The notes beneath the pieces are model-generated. The model ran no database searches and was not told where the DNA came from. It was given only the letters and a program-made list of their open reading frames with translations. Below are positions 1-14,899 of a DNA stretch of 64,000 bases, in pieces. Location of the stretch: the NCBI RefSeq assembly GCF_009914755.1, contig NC_060927.1; one strand, given 5' to 3'. Each line of letters begins with the position of its first letter. Position 1 is the stretch's first letter. The stretch comes from the human T2T-CHM13v2.0 reference genome, Homo sapiens. The translations under genes were made by a program, and so were the position numbers.

Positions 1-148
1 TGGTTGCAGCCATGATGAATGTTGAAATAGCCTTAACTATCCTTTCACTGATAACCCACAGTAACTAATAGTGCTTTAATACAACTTATTTTTCTATAAT
101 GAATAAACATAGTATCAGTGGTTTTCATAAACACTTCACAATTCTTTA

Positions 149-603
<455 letters not shown>

Positions 604-1567
604 CTAGAAGGGGCAGTTGCTCCACACACCAGCCAAGTTGTTGCCATGTAGGAATGCAGGGCCGGTGTTGCCAAATCACAGGTCTCATTATTCAAGAGCC
701 GACAAAAATAATATTTTCTGTGTGAAACTTCCCAATTTAAAAAACAATTACAGTCCAAACAAAACATATCTTTGGGCTACATATAGTACATTAAAAATGC
801 AACCCTGTCTTAAATCCTCTCAACCCTAATTCATCAGAGCCTGCCAGAAAAATCTACCTAAATTCTCAATTAAATGCATCCTCCAACACACCTTTCCAAA
901 GCAAATACACTAAAGATTACAGATCATGAAAATGTAATAAAAAGGAGAGAATTTTAAATATAACCAATGGCTGGGCACAGTGGCTCATGCCTGTAATCCC
1001 AGGATGTTGGGAGGCTGAGGTAGGAGGATCACTTGAGCCCCAGTGAGAGCAGCCTGGGTAACATAGGGAGACTCCCTCTCCATAAAACGCAAAAAAATTA
1101 GCTGGGTGTGGTGGTGCATACCTGTGGTCCCAGATACTCAGGAGGCTGAGGTGGGGGATCACTTGAGCCCAGGAGGTCAAGGCTGCAGTAAGCCGTTACT
1201 GTACCACTGCACTCCAGCCTGGGCAACAGAGCGAGACCTTGTCTCAAAGAAAAAAACAAAAGCCACCAACTATTCTCTGTTTCATTTTATTAATTAACTG
1301 AAATTGCTAGTATAAACATGTTAGTAGGACCAATGTAAATTACAGTAAAATTTCTGAATTCCCAACTACTTGAGAATTGTGACATTTGTCATAATCTAAC
1401 CTCTGTCATATAAAATCTTTCATGATCTTAAACATCAGATTTATCATCCATAGTACTACAAAAGAAATCGCTTTACTCAATTTCTTATATCAGATAGATT
1501 GTTTTCACCTCATTGTTACACTATAACGGCTTCAAACGTCTAGATGTTAATGTACTTAGTATACTTA

Positions 1568-1663
<96 letters not shown>

Positions 1664-2491
1664 CTAGCCATGTGCCCTTTGGCAAATTATTTAAGCTCTC
1701 TAAACCTGTCTAAACCTGTTTCTTTATCTGTAAAATATATAACAGCTTTTTTATAGTATATAACAATGTGTAATTAGAGATAAATTAGGTAACATACGAA
1801 AATACTATTAACATGACTGGCAATAGCATTCAAAAAATGTTAGCATTAGTACAGAACGTATTTTCACACCCTAATGACAAAATACTTTGTCATTATAAAT
1901 TAACTGGGGCGGTGGTTCACACCTGTATTCCCAACGCTTTGGGAGGCCAAGACGGCGGGCATCACCTGAGTTTGGGAGTTCAAGACCAGCCTAACCAAGA
2001 TGGCGAAATCCTGTCTCTACTTAAAATACAAAATTAGCCGGGCGTGGTGGCACGTGCCTGTAATCCCAGCTACTCAGGAGGCTGAGGCAGGAGAATCACT
2101 GGAATCCGAGAGGCAGAGGCTGCGGTGAGCTGAGATTGTGCCACTGCACCCCAGTCTGGGCAACAAGAGCAAAACTCCATCTCTAAATAAATAAACAAAC
2201 TTTAAATTATCATTAAAAAATAAAATCTAAAATAAGCCCTAAACCTTACTTTAGTTAATAATTTCAGCCTATTCCTTATCTAACCATCTTGCCAATCTGC
2301 CAAGGAACAATTAACTCTACTATTATATTGTCCCTTTAATTTTCTCTAGTAGACAGTCTCAAAGAAAACTGAAAAAGGAAACATCTAAATAATTCCTAAA
2401 CTGGATATATAATCCTAGAACGATGGTTGGGCGGGGCGGGGGGGGGGGGTTCCATAAATATATCTAATGTTGACAAATCCAAGTATCTCAC

Positions 2492-2637
2492 CAGATTTTA
2501 CTTTTTCTTGCCCCCAGTTTTTTGGGTCATCAAAAAATTCTTCTAGTCCTTTCCTTGACAATGTGGTATGAAGTAATCTATATTGGTGAAAGGATGTCAC
2601 ATTTGGTGTACTCTTAGGCAACAAACTAAGAAAAAAC
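2492..2637 (-). CDS. MRPL47: MRPL47 coding exon 2
   Basis: ttgcAG acceptor, GTGAG donor; encodes [48 protein letters not shown]; 146 nt, phase-consistent with exons 1 and 3. Confidence 0.95.
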
Positions 2638-2738
2638 CTGCAATTGAACACACATAAACAAGTAAAAGTTTTATAATATCTGGATTTTATAAGCAATAAA
2701 CATTATCATAATAAACATAATCATTTTGTCATCGATAA

Positions 2739-2915
<177 letters not shown>

Positions 2916-4365
2916 TAAATTTTGAAAATGCTTTAGAAAGTATTGTTAATACTGCATTATAGAAGCTGCTACCTTATAATTTCAGAGGTAACATAGTTAC
3001 ACAATTATATTTTAAGGTAACATTTTTGGGTCCTTCTTACATTGCTAATGGGTGCAAGCGCAGGTAAAAAGAGCAGTCAATTTTGCAACATGTGGGCTGG
3101 GCACGGTGGCTCACACCTGTTATCCCAGAAATTTGGAAGGCCGAGGTGGGAGGATCACTTTGAGCCCAGGAGCTCAAGACCAGCCTGGGCAAGATGGCAA
3201 AACCTCATCTTTAACAAAAATACAAAAATTAGCCAGGCATAGTAGCACGTGCCTTATAGTCCCAACTACTCGGGAGGCTGAGGTGGGAGGACGCTTTGAG
3301 CCTGGGAGGCAGAGGTTTCAGTGAGCTGAGATCACACCATTGCACTCCAGCCTGGGCGACAGAGTCAGTCCCTGTCTCAAAAAACAAAAACAAAAAAACC
3401 TCACAATTTTGCAACATGTATCAGGAGCCTCAAATACTTCCTCCTTTAATTCAGTAATTCTGCATCTAGAAGTTTCAACTGAAAAAATTATTATAGATGG
3501 GAATTTATAAATTAAGATGTTTATTAAAGCACTATATAGGATGTCAAGTTTTTAATTATGTAAATACGCAGCTAAGAATGGTTTAAAAATTACTGTGCAT
3601 CTGGATGATAAATTATTATGCAGTAATTCAAAAATCCTGTTTTTAAAAAATAGTTAACGACCTGAGATGATTTGAAACTAAATAATGAAGTTTATCACAA
3701 GTGTTGTATCCCTACCAAAAATATTTAGCCTAAATCTTATAATGAGGAAACAATCAGACAAATCCAAATGAATAAGATTCTTAAAAAGCTAATCTCATCA
3801 AAATGTCAACAACATTAAGAAAAAAAAAAAAAAGAAATTGTTCCGGATAGAGACTAAAGAGTCATGGCAACCAATGTAATAAATGGATACTTCACTGGAT
3901 CCAGGACCAAGAAAAATAAATAAATAAAAGAAGTTACTAAGTTACCAGTTACTTTCATTGTAACACATCCTGTAAATACAAATATCTCTTCTTTTTTAAT
4001 CCATCCAAACTTGACACAGACTTGAGTATCACAACAAAAACATCTTCGGTAAAGTTTTTCGCACCTCACCCAGCCCAAGAGGATGCTTCTGTACTTATAG
4101 ATGTATTTACTTCAACAAATGCTGGACATCTACAAACCCCATATACTGTCTTGTCCACAGCAGGCAGCAACAAAATGAGGAAGGAATAGAAATGTCGGAG
4201 GTGAGCGACTTCTCCAAGGTCACTCACTCCTCACCAAAGTGGGCTCCGGCTCTGCCATCCAGGCGGCCGTTCCATTCTTGAGTTGTTCTCGGCATCTCGG
4301 CATCTCGGCAACCAAACAAGATCCAAAGTTGGAGAGGTGGGCAAACCTACTTTATACATCACTTA

Positions 4366-4655
<290 letters not shown>

Positions 4656-4779
4656 ATGGCGGCCATGAGTTTGTTGCGGCGGGTTTCGGTTACTGCGGTG
4701 GCAGCTCTGTCTGGCCGGCCCCTTGGCACTCGCCTCGGATTTGGGGGCTTCCTCACTCGTGGCTTTCCGAAGGCTGCTG
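4656..4779 (+). CDS. NDUFB5: NDUFB5 (complex I subunit SGDH) coding exon 1, mitochondrial presequence
   Basis: gccATGG; [41 protein letters not shown]; donor G|GTGGGT; 124 nt. Confidence 0.96.
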
Positions 4780-5207
4780 GTGGGTGCTGGCCTAGGGAGA
4801 ACGGGCGTGAAGCGGGTGCGGGGCGAGAAAAGGGAGGACGCTTCCAGGGTGACCTTGGTGGGATCCGGAGGGAGCCGGGACAAGTTGTGGGCTTGGGGCT
4901 TGACAGGAGAGACGGAGCACGAGCTATATGAGGGGTTTTCCTGAAGTAGCCAGATAGATCGTGTTTACATTATTAGCATTTCTAAAACGTTGTTATTCAC
5001 CATCCCAATTAATGCTAATTTGCGGATGAAGCTGAGTCTAGAAAGGTATAGAGCTGAGATCTGTATCTCTAGGGCACAAGCTTATTGTTGCGTTCCACCT
5101 GCCCAAAGGCTAGGTTCTAGTCCCACAGATGCAAAGTCATCTTGCCGAGAAGCCCACCTATGCTAAGGAATATGAAGACAGGTAATATGTAGACAGGTAA
5201 AGAGGCT

Positions 5208-5926
<719 letters not shown>

Positions 5927-6151
5927 TGACCAATACAGTCTTAATAGGGCTATTTGGACCTCCTTGGAGACAGTGAGTTGCATCATGGCGGTGTGAATAA
6001 TCATAGCAAAGATCAAATGCTTGATATTCAGTGTACTTTATTATCTCAGAGACTCTGCAAAGAAATTACAATGTTATTTTCATTTTACAGATGAGGAAAC
6101 TGACTCAATTATTAAATAATGTGTCACTAAATAATAGCCAACATTTACTGA

Positions 6152-6358
<207 letters not shown>

Positions 6359-7951
6359 TAGTAGAGATGGGGTTTCATCATGTTGGCTAGGCTGGTCTCG
6401 AACTCCTGACCTCGTGATCCACCTGCCTTGGCCTCCCAGAGTGCTGAGATCACAGGCGTGAGCCACCCCACCTGACCTCAAGCATCATTTTAAGGGTTTA
6501 AAGTATTAATTTATTTAATCCTCTTCATTAGATATATACTGTAAGCTATTTGCCCTGTGCAATAGAAGCAGGTAAAGAGGAAGTGAAACACTTAAAGTCA
6601 GAAAGTTGTCTCCAGCCTCAAAATATCTTGTTCTCTTTTTACCCCTATTCTCCCAGTTTAATTTGAATTATGCCACTCCACAGGATGAGGCAATATACAT
6701 AGGGATTTGCTGGAAACATGATGCAAAGAACCAGTGGTATTTAACAAATTTCCAGCAGGAATTTGAACTTGTTACAAAACTACATTCCTTGATGAAAATC
6801 CCTTTATAAGCCATTTCTGATTACAGATATTCTCATATAGCCAAATACAAATCCTTCAAATACTCGCTCTGGTAGTATTCAATCAAATCCAGCTGGAGAT
6901 AAACTGCAGCAAAATTTCACCCCCAGTTTCTCTTTCCACATTATTGCCCTTTCTTGGGGTTCTCAAAGGATCATTACCGTGTTCTGCGCCCTTTCCAATC
7001 AGAGCAGGGAAGGTTCTAATAGCTATGTTTACTAAAGGTTACTGTGTTTTCAGCTGTGTACCTGCTTTCAAAGGTATTTTGCATCTGTCACTGTGATATG
7101 AAAGCTTTTAATCTCTTACATGGTTGTTTATATCTGTCCCTACAAGAATGTAAGCTCTAATGTAGTAGAGAGCCTGTCTTGTTTTGTTTTTTCTGGAGAT
7201 AGACTGCCTATCTTCAAATTCTGGCTCTAGAATTCAGAAGCCATGTCTGTGATCATCACATCTTGGAAGCTAAAGTGGAAGACACCTAATTGCTCATAAC
7301 CTGCATTTCCTCCTCTTTAAAAAAGATGAGAATTTTAACCTGCCTCAAAAGGTAGTTGTGAAGAGTGAGTGGAAAAAATCAACAGTGCCTGGCAGCAGTA
7401 GCCTTTAAAAAAATTGTGGTAAAGTACACATAACATTTACTATTTTAACCATTTTTAAGTGCACCGTTCAGTGGTATTAAATACATTCCTAATGCTATGC
7501 AACCATCACCATCATCCAACTCCAGAACTTTTTTCATATGGTAAAACTAAAACTCTGTATCCGTTAAACAATAACTCTCCATTCCCCTTCCACGTAGCCC
7601 CTGGTAACCACCATTCTGCTGTCTTTATGATTTTGACTACTCTATTTCTCATGTAAGTAGAATCATATAATATTTGTCTGTCACTTAGCATAATATCCCC
7701 AAGGCATATTTATGTCGTAGCATATGTCAGAATTTCCTTCCTTTTTAAAGCTGAATTGTCCGTTGTCCATTGTATGTATTTACCCCATTTTGCTTATCCA
7801 TCATCTGTCAATTGGGTTGCATCTAGGTTTTGTTTGTTTGTTTGTTTGTTTTGTTTTTGAGACAGAGTCTTGCTCTGTCTTCCAGGCTAGAGTGCAGTGG
7901 CACCATCTTGACTCACTGCAACCCCTGGCTTCCCGTGTTCTCATATCAAAC

Positions 7952-8732
7952 TGAAGGTCAGGCTGCTATTTCTTGCCATCCAATAATGAGATGCAGATGA
8001 ACTGGGGAGGAAGAGAGTTTTTTTTTTGTTTTGTTTTGTTTTTTTTTGAAACAGAGTCTCACTCTGTTGCCCAGGCTGGAGTGCAGTGGCGCGATCTTGG
8101 CTCACACAGCCATCTCTGCCTCCTGGGTTCAGGCGATTCTCCTGCCTCAGCCTCCTGAGTAGCTGGGATTACAGGTGCACACCTCCATGCCCGGCTAATT
8201 TTTTGTATTTTTAGTAGAGATGGGTTTTCACCATGTTGGCCAGGCTGGTCTTGAACTCCCGGCCTCAGGTGATCCGCCCGCCTTGGCCTCCCAAAGTGCT
8301 GGGATTATAGACATGAGCCACCGCGCCCTGCCAGAAGAGAGTTTTTATTCCTGTAACTGGTTACAGGGAGAAGTCCTGGAAATTATCGCCAGACCAACTT
8401 AAAATTACAGTTTTCCAGAGCTTGTAGACCTTTTAAGCTATATGTCTACATGTAAGTGTGCACTTATCTAAAGACAAAAGTGACTAACTTTTTAAAATCT
8501 ATAATTAAGGTCTGAGTCCTGAGGACCTTCCTCTGGAGCCTTAGTAAATTTACTTAATTTAAATGGATCCAGGTGCTGGGGTGATTACCCTTATCTTATC
8601 TCCTGCTAAATCACGGAGGTTTGGGAAGTTCCTTCAGACCTCCAGTCAACTTGTTTGTGGAGGCCTGGGGAGTTTCTTCAGACCCACAAAAACTTGTTTA
8701 ATCCTAAATGGGTTCTGTTAAGAATTCTTTCG
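7952..8732 (-). mobile_element. Solo ERV LTR inserted in an Alu remnant and itself containing an Alu (~8018-8332)
   Basis: tgaagg... terminus; minus-strand AATAAA (tttatt ~8344); inner Alu TSD gaagagagtttt; outer flanks are Alu pieces. Confidence 0.7.
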
Positions 8733-9092
8733 AACTCCTGTCCTCAAGTGATCCACCTGTCTTGGCCTCTTAAAGTGTTGGGATTACAGCTGTGAGCCAC
8801 TACACCGAAGCACTTGCAGATTTTAATTACTGTAAAGCTTCACTTAACATCATTGGCTCTTGAAACTGCGACCGTCAGAACCTATAATAAAGAAGGAAGT
8901 GATGTTGTTTAAGGACCTGCTGTATGTGGTTTCACTTAAAGTCACAGTTTCCAAGAACTCATCAGTGACATTGAGTATGACTTGTGTTGTGAATAATGTT
9001 TCTGTGAACATGGATATACAAATACCTCTTCTGAGACCCTGCTTTCAATTCTTATGGGTATATCTGCAGAAGTGTAATTGCTGGGTCATGTG

Positions 9093-9471
9093 TGTCATGG
9101 GTGTTACTGGCTGGGACTGGCATTGTGGGTGGTGAAAGAATTTACCAAGACAGTCATAGATACAGAGGACAGATTTATTAGAGAAAATACGAAGATAGAG
9201 TTGCAAGAGAACAATGGGCAGCACAGCAGAGAAGGGGCTATCTGCAGAGTCAGGGACTGGAGGGAAGTTTTATAGGGTCATACTGAAGGGGCTATGAGCA
9301 GAGAAGATGTGCAGATAAGGTCACTCTACTGGGGCTATGTGTTGAACGAGGTATTTGGGAACAGGATGTTGTGCCTGTGGGTTGCCTGTGATTAGCCGTG
9401 TCTCAGCAGAATTGCTTTCCTCCACCTGGGGCCCCTTCCTTGTTGCTTATGTATCTTACTAGGATTCCACA
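9093..9471. mobile_element. Solo LTR within an old L1
   Basis: tgt...aca termini, 5-bp TSD atgtg/atatg, interrupts the L1 motif gggtcatatggtaattct. Confidence 0.65.
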
Positions 9472-11405
9472 ATATGGTAATTCTGTTTTTAATTTTTTGA
9501 GGAACCCTCATGCTATTTTCCATAGCAACAATACCATTTTACATTCCTTTGTTTACCAACAGTGTACAAAGATTCCACTTCCTCCATATTGTCACTGACA
9601 CTTGTTATTTTCTGGTTTTTTGATTGTAGCTATTCTGATGGGTATGTGATGATATCATTGTAGTTTTGATTTGCATTTCTCTAATTAGTTTTGTTGAGCA
9701 TCTTTTTGTGTGCTTCTTGACCATTTGTGTATATATCTTCTTTAGAGAAATGTCTGTTCAAATCCTTTGCTTATTATTTATTATATTATTATTTTTTAAC
9801 TTGAGTATGAGGTCTCCCTAATGTTGCCCATGCTGAACTTGAACGCCTGGACTCAAGCAATCCTGCTTCAGCCTCTCAAGTAGCTGGGACTACAGGTACA
9901 TGCCACTCTGCCAGGCTATTTGCCTATTTTATTTATTTGTTTATTTATTTTTGACAGGATCTTGCTCTGTCACCCAGGCTGAAGTGCAGTGGCGCAATCA
10001 TAGCTCACTGTAGCCTCAACCTCCTAGACTCAGGTGATCCTCTCGCCTCAGCCTCCTGAGTAGCTGGGATGACGGGTGCACACCACCACACCCGGCTAAT
10101 TTTTTAAGTTTTTTGTAGAGATGAGATCTTGCTATGTTGACCAGGCTAGTTTCAAACTCCTGGGCTCAAGAAATTCCCCACCTCAGCCTCCCAAAGTGCT
10201 GGGATTACAGGAATGAGCCACCATGCCCAGCCTATTTTTAAATTGGATTGTTTGGTTTGTTGTTGTTGTTGTTGAGTTTTCTGTGTGTTCTGAAATCAAT
10301 CCCTTATCAGATATATGATTTACATATATTTTCTCCCATTCTGTGGGTTGCCTTTTTACTCTGCTGATAGCGTCCTTTCAGACACAAAATTTTAAAATTT
10401 TCATGAAGTCCAGTTTGTCTAGTTTTTCTTTTTTTGCCTGTGCCTTTGAAGTCCTGGCATTAGCCTTCTACAAATTCCTATAGCCTCATCCTTCCTAAAG
10501 ATCTAGTGCTGTCATGTTCTTCATCACCCTCTGTAAACCTTTCTCAGAAAATTAGCAGATAAAGCTATTCTGTTTAATTAAATTATTTATTAAACATCAA
10601 AGATGGTGTAATTCCAGAAATGAGCTAAGTTCTCCCCTCAGCTGCAGGTAAATTTAATTTATAATTGAAGACTGATATGCATAAATTATGGTTTTTAAAA
10701 ATGTGAAGAGTATTAATATGGATGTATAAACAGAGTGCTGTGGAGTTAATCCAGACATGGAATAGATGGGGCATTTTAACTGAAGTATAGGGATAGTTTT
10801 AATAGGTGGAACTGGCAGAAAAGTAAAGGTTGAGTTTTTTTTATTGGATATGTGACTCTTGGGGTAGGTAGGCGTTGGGAGAAAAGGCAAATAAAGGAAA
10901 GTTGGGACCAAATTGGGGGAGGGGAGGGACTGACTACAAAGCCAACGTATCTTCATTTGATTTTGTAGGCAACAGAGTGTTGTAGCAGAAGAGCAATATC
11001 AGGAGTGTGTTATAGGAAGATGCTTCTGAATATTGGATGGCTTATAGGGGATGTTGATTACCTAGGTCAGTAAAGTAAAGAAGGCATGGAATGAAATGGA
11101 GAATTTAACTCTTAGAATCAAGAGGCCTTGGCAAATGATGAATGAAGGATAGATGCAAGGAAGATGATTGAGATTTTTATCCAAGGTAATTGAGATGGTG
11201 GTGCCCTTTACTGGGAATGAGGGAAAGAAAATGACCAATTTTCAGTTGTTGTCTTTTTTTTTTTTTTCTTGAGACGGAGTCTCGCTCTGTCACCCAGGCT
11301 GGAGTGTAGTGGCGCGATCTTGGTTCACCACAGTCTCCGCCTCCTGGATTCAAGCGATTCTCTTGCCTCAGCCTCCCGAGTAGCTGGGATCACAGGCCTG
11401 GCTAA

Positions 11406-11552
<147 letters not shown>

Positions 11553-12315
11553 TGACACACAAAAAGTTCCCACATTCCCACATTATCTTATTCAATTCTT
11601 ATAAAAATCGCAATCATCAAAGGCTTAATAACTTTTCTGAGGCTACGTGCATTTTTAAAAATTAGTCATTGAAGCCTTGGGCCTATGAAATTAATAAATA
11701 CTTAATGGAGAAATTTCAGGCTTTAGAGAGCAGTGAAAGATGCTTATTTTTGGTGTCAGGAGGTTCAGGGTTCCAGAAATCCTGGTAGTCACCTCATTGT
11801 AAGCAATATTCACCCTAATAATTTAATTTTTTTTTGAGGGGGAAGGGTCTAGCTATGTTGCTCAGGCTGACCTCAAACTCCTGGGCTCAAGTGATCCTCC
11901 CGCCTCAGCCTCCCGAGTAGCTGGGAGTACAAGCATGCACCACCATTCCTGGTTACACACTAATATTTTTAGATTTAAGCAGATGGCCCTACTACATCAA
12001 CAATCCTGAAGGCTCAAAACATTTAAAAAGAGTTAAAGGCAAGTTGGTTGTGGTGGTGCGTGATGTAATCCCAGTTACTCCGCAAGCTGAAGGTGGGAGG
12101 ATCTCTCGATCCCAGGAGTTTGAGACCAGCTTGAGTAACATAGCAAAAAACCTTGTCTCTGGAAAAAAAAAAAAAAAGTTACATGCTATGAAATATACTT
12201 TGAAACAATATTAATAAGTTATCTAGGACCTTTAATGACATGACTAATTGTTTAATAATTGGGTAATATGTGTAAAGAAAGAGCAAGCAGTTCACATTAC
12301 TAAGTGCATTAAACC

Positions 12316-12615
12316 TTTTTTTTTTTTTTTTTTTTGAGACAGAGTCTCACTCTCGCCCAGGTTGGAGTGCAGTGGCGCGATCTAGGCTCACTGCAAGCTC
12401 CGCCTCCTGGGTTTACTTACGCCATTCTCCTGCGGCCTCCCGAGTAGCTGGGACTACAGGCGCCTGCCACCACACCCGGCTATTTTTTTGTATTTTTAGT
12501 AGAGACGGGGTTTCACCGTGTTAGCCAGGTTGGTCTCAATCTCCTGATCTCGTGAGCCGCCCGCCTCGGCCTCCCAAAGTGCTGGGATTACAGGCGTGAG
12601 CCGCCGCGCTCAGCC
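12316..12615 (-). mobile_element. Alu (AluY-like) in NDUFB5 intron 1
   Basis: gcaagctccgcctcc...gccattctcc...ttcaccgtgttagcc diagnostic segments; CpG-rich. Confidence 0.9.
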
Positions 12616-12672
12616 AAAAACCGCAATTACTTTCAGTTGCAAAAACTGCAGTTACTTTTGCACCAAACTAAT
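12616..12672. mobile_element. MADE1 (Hsmar1-derived MITE) partial copy
   Basis: gcaaaaactgcagttacttttgcaccaaactaa matches the MADE1 terminal repeat. Confidence 0.7.
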
Positions 12673-14614
12673 ACTAAGCTGAAAATAGATTGTCCCTCTA
12701 AAAGAGTATGCTCTTGAATGGACACATTTCTGCAGGTGTAGTCAGGGGATAAGCGACAGGGAAGATCATCCTGTTTTGACCCTGTGCTTCTAGTGTATCA
12801 GATTAAGACTGAATTGGCCTTTGGCTTTTTTGTGAGCAACTAAATTTCTGGGAGTTCCAGGCGGAACTTCCACTTACCTTATTATGTTGAATCCTTTTAG
12901 ATTTAGCCTTTTGTAATGTGTGTAAAGACTCTTTTGGGACCCCATGGCCACTCTTGTAGCAGTAGCTTTGTGTTTCTAAGACTCGACAAGTCAGGAATGC
13001 TGTATCCACCTCATCTAAGCCATTCATAAAAACCTTGATGCTGCAGGGCTTTTGAGAGATCTCTTTGCCAGGTTACTGCAGTAATTAATCAGTACCTTTT
13101 GCTTACAGTCAATCAAGTACCCATTACAAATTTCTCTAACTTCCTCTTTCTCTCAGCTTATAATGTCCCCTCTTCCCAACCCCCCCATCTTGTCTAAATA
13201 GGAACTTTTCTTCTGGGCCACTGTATCCTATTTCTTTCCCTTGTTACCCTTACAGATTTGTAATTACTTGTGTAGTGTGTATTTCTCCCAGCAAGATCTA
13301 TATCCCTCTTAGACCGTATATAGTTCTAGCATAGGATCTGCACATAGTATGCAATTAAATATGTATTGAATTAATGAGTACTTTGTACTGTCATCCAACC
13401 CGTTTTCTTCATCTAGTCCACAAAAAAAATTATGTATGTTTCAGATGATTTGCTGAAGTCCATACTTACTTTGTCAAATTCTCTTAATCTTGTTATTTAA
13501 AAAGCCTTAGTAGTATGAATTATATGTAGTAAATTCATGCCAGTTTCTAATTCTCTTGTGAATCAACCTCCCAAACTCACTGCAAGCTGCTGCAGATGTT
13601 ACCAAAATTAAGAAGATAGTTCCTGCTTTCAAGATATTTATACTTAAAAGTGGCAGCAGTAAACACAAATATACATGTCACAATAACGTACAGTAATTCA
13701 ACAGTAGGAAAGATCTCGTGTGGTTGGGAAAAATGTTGGCATCTTGGAAGATAAGATGTTATCTGGGCCTAACATAGATTTCAGGAGAGGGGACAGCATT
13801 CCAGACATTAAACATGAACAAAAGATTCAGATCTTTCTGACATCTATTATGACTGAAATTCCTTTAATGGGAAATTAAAGTTTTTTATTCTACAGTGACT
13901 CACATGCAAAATATCCTTGAGAGTAGTTACACAGTGAAAAGATAGGAACCTTCAGTTTCTAAGTAACAGCTAGATCCTTTCCTGTTCCCAGTGGAAAGGG
14001 CTTGGAATGCCTCTAGTGATCCTTGCAGACCTTCAAGAGGAAGAATATAAAAAGAGGATCCAGAAGTGAAATTTTGCCTCAGTTTACTTCCAGCAAGGCT
14101 TGATTAAATTCTGTCAGGGGGAGACTTGAAGAGGATATTCTTAATCAGCAATGGTTTACCACGTGATTTTATCAAGATATTTTAGAGTGTGTAGTTTGAT
14201 AACAAGTTCTAATTCCTGCTGGTGATTTGTTGAGTAAATACGGCTGGTCCTTTCCATCTATTTTGCAGCATAATAATACATATAATACAGATAATGTGTC
14301 ATGTGAAATGGCATAATGGAATAATTTAAATTAAATGTATTTCTTTTGCAGCATTAGCAAATATTTGTTGCAGAGGAGACACAGATGAGCAGCTCATTAA
14401 GTACCTAACCTCCCTGCCTGCTATTGAAACAAATTAAAATGATTATTTAGATACTTTAACTTTGAATTAAAATGAGGAAAGTTATGCTTTAGAACAGTAG
14501 ATCCATCTTTGTTTAAAGATACCCTATCTGACCTGGCCTTATTACTCAAATAAGACATTTTAAAATCTTAACTCATATTAAACATCTAAGAATGTATATT
14601 TTCTTTTTGTTTCA

Positions 14615-14718
14615 TGTCAGATGGGTAATGTGCCTACCTCATAACAAGGTTTGAGGGAGGCACATCTCACACCTGAGTGTGAAAACCCAGTCATCCTGCT
14701 TATGAGCTACAAAAGGAT
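14615..14718 (-). pseudogene. Retroposed U13 (SNORD13) box C/D snoRNA copy
   Basis: Reverse complement reads ATCCTTTTGTAGCTCATAAGCAGGATGACTGGG...GAGATGTGCCTCCCTCAAACCTTGTTATGAGGTAGGCACATTACCCATCTGAC, colinear with U13 as I recall it; followed by an A-rich tail (t-run 14599-14612); box D CTGA intact, box C altered (GGATGA). Confidence 0.88.
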
Positions 14719-14810
14719 CCTTGTATTTTTTTATAATCTGATTTTAACTCAGAATATAACAGTATACCCATATGAACCTTGTATAAAACAGGGTAATTCA
14801 ATATTCCCAG

Positions 14811-14899
14811 CTCCTGTTCGACACAGTGGAGACCATGGGAAAAGACTATTTGTCATCAGACCTTCTAGATTCTATGACAGGCGTTTTTTGAAGTTATTG
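14811..14899 (+). CDS. NDUFB5: NDUFB5 coding exon 2
   Basis: cccAG acceptor, GTAAGT donor; (A)[29 protein letters not shown], containing the SGDH mature N-terminus; 89 nt. Confidence 0.96.
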
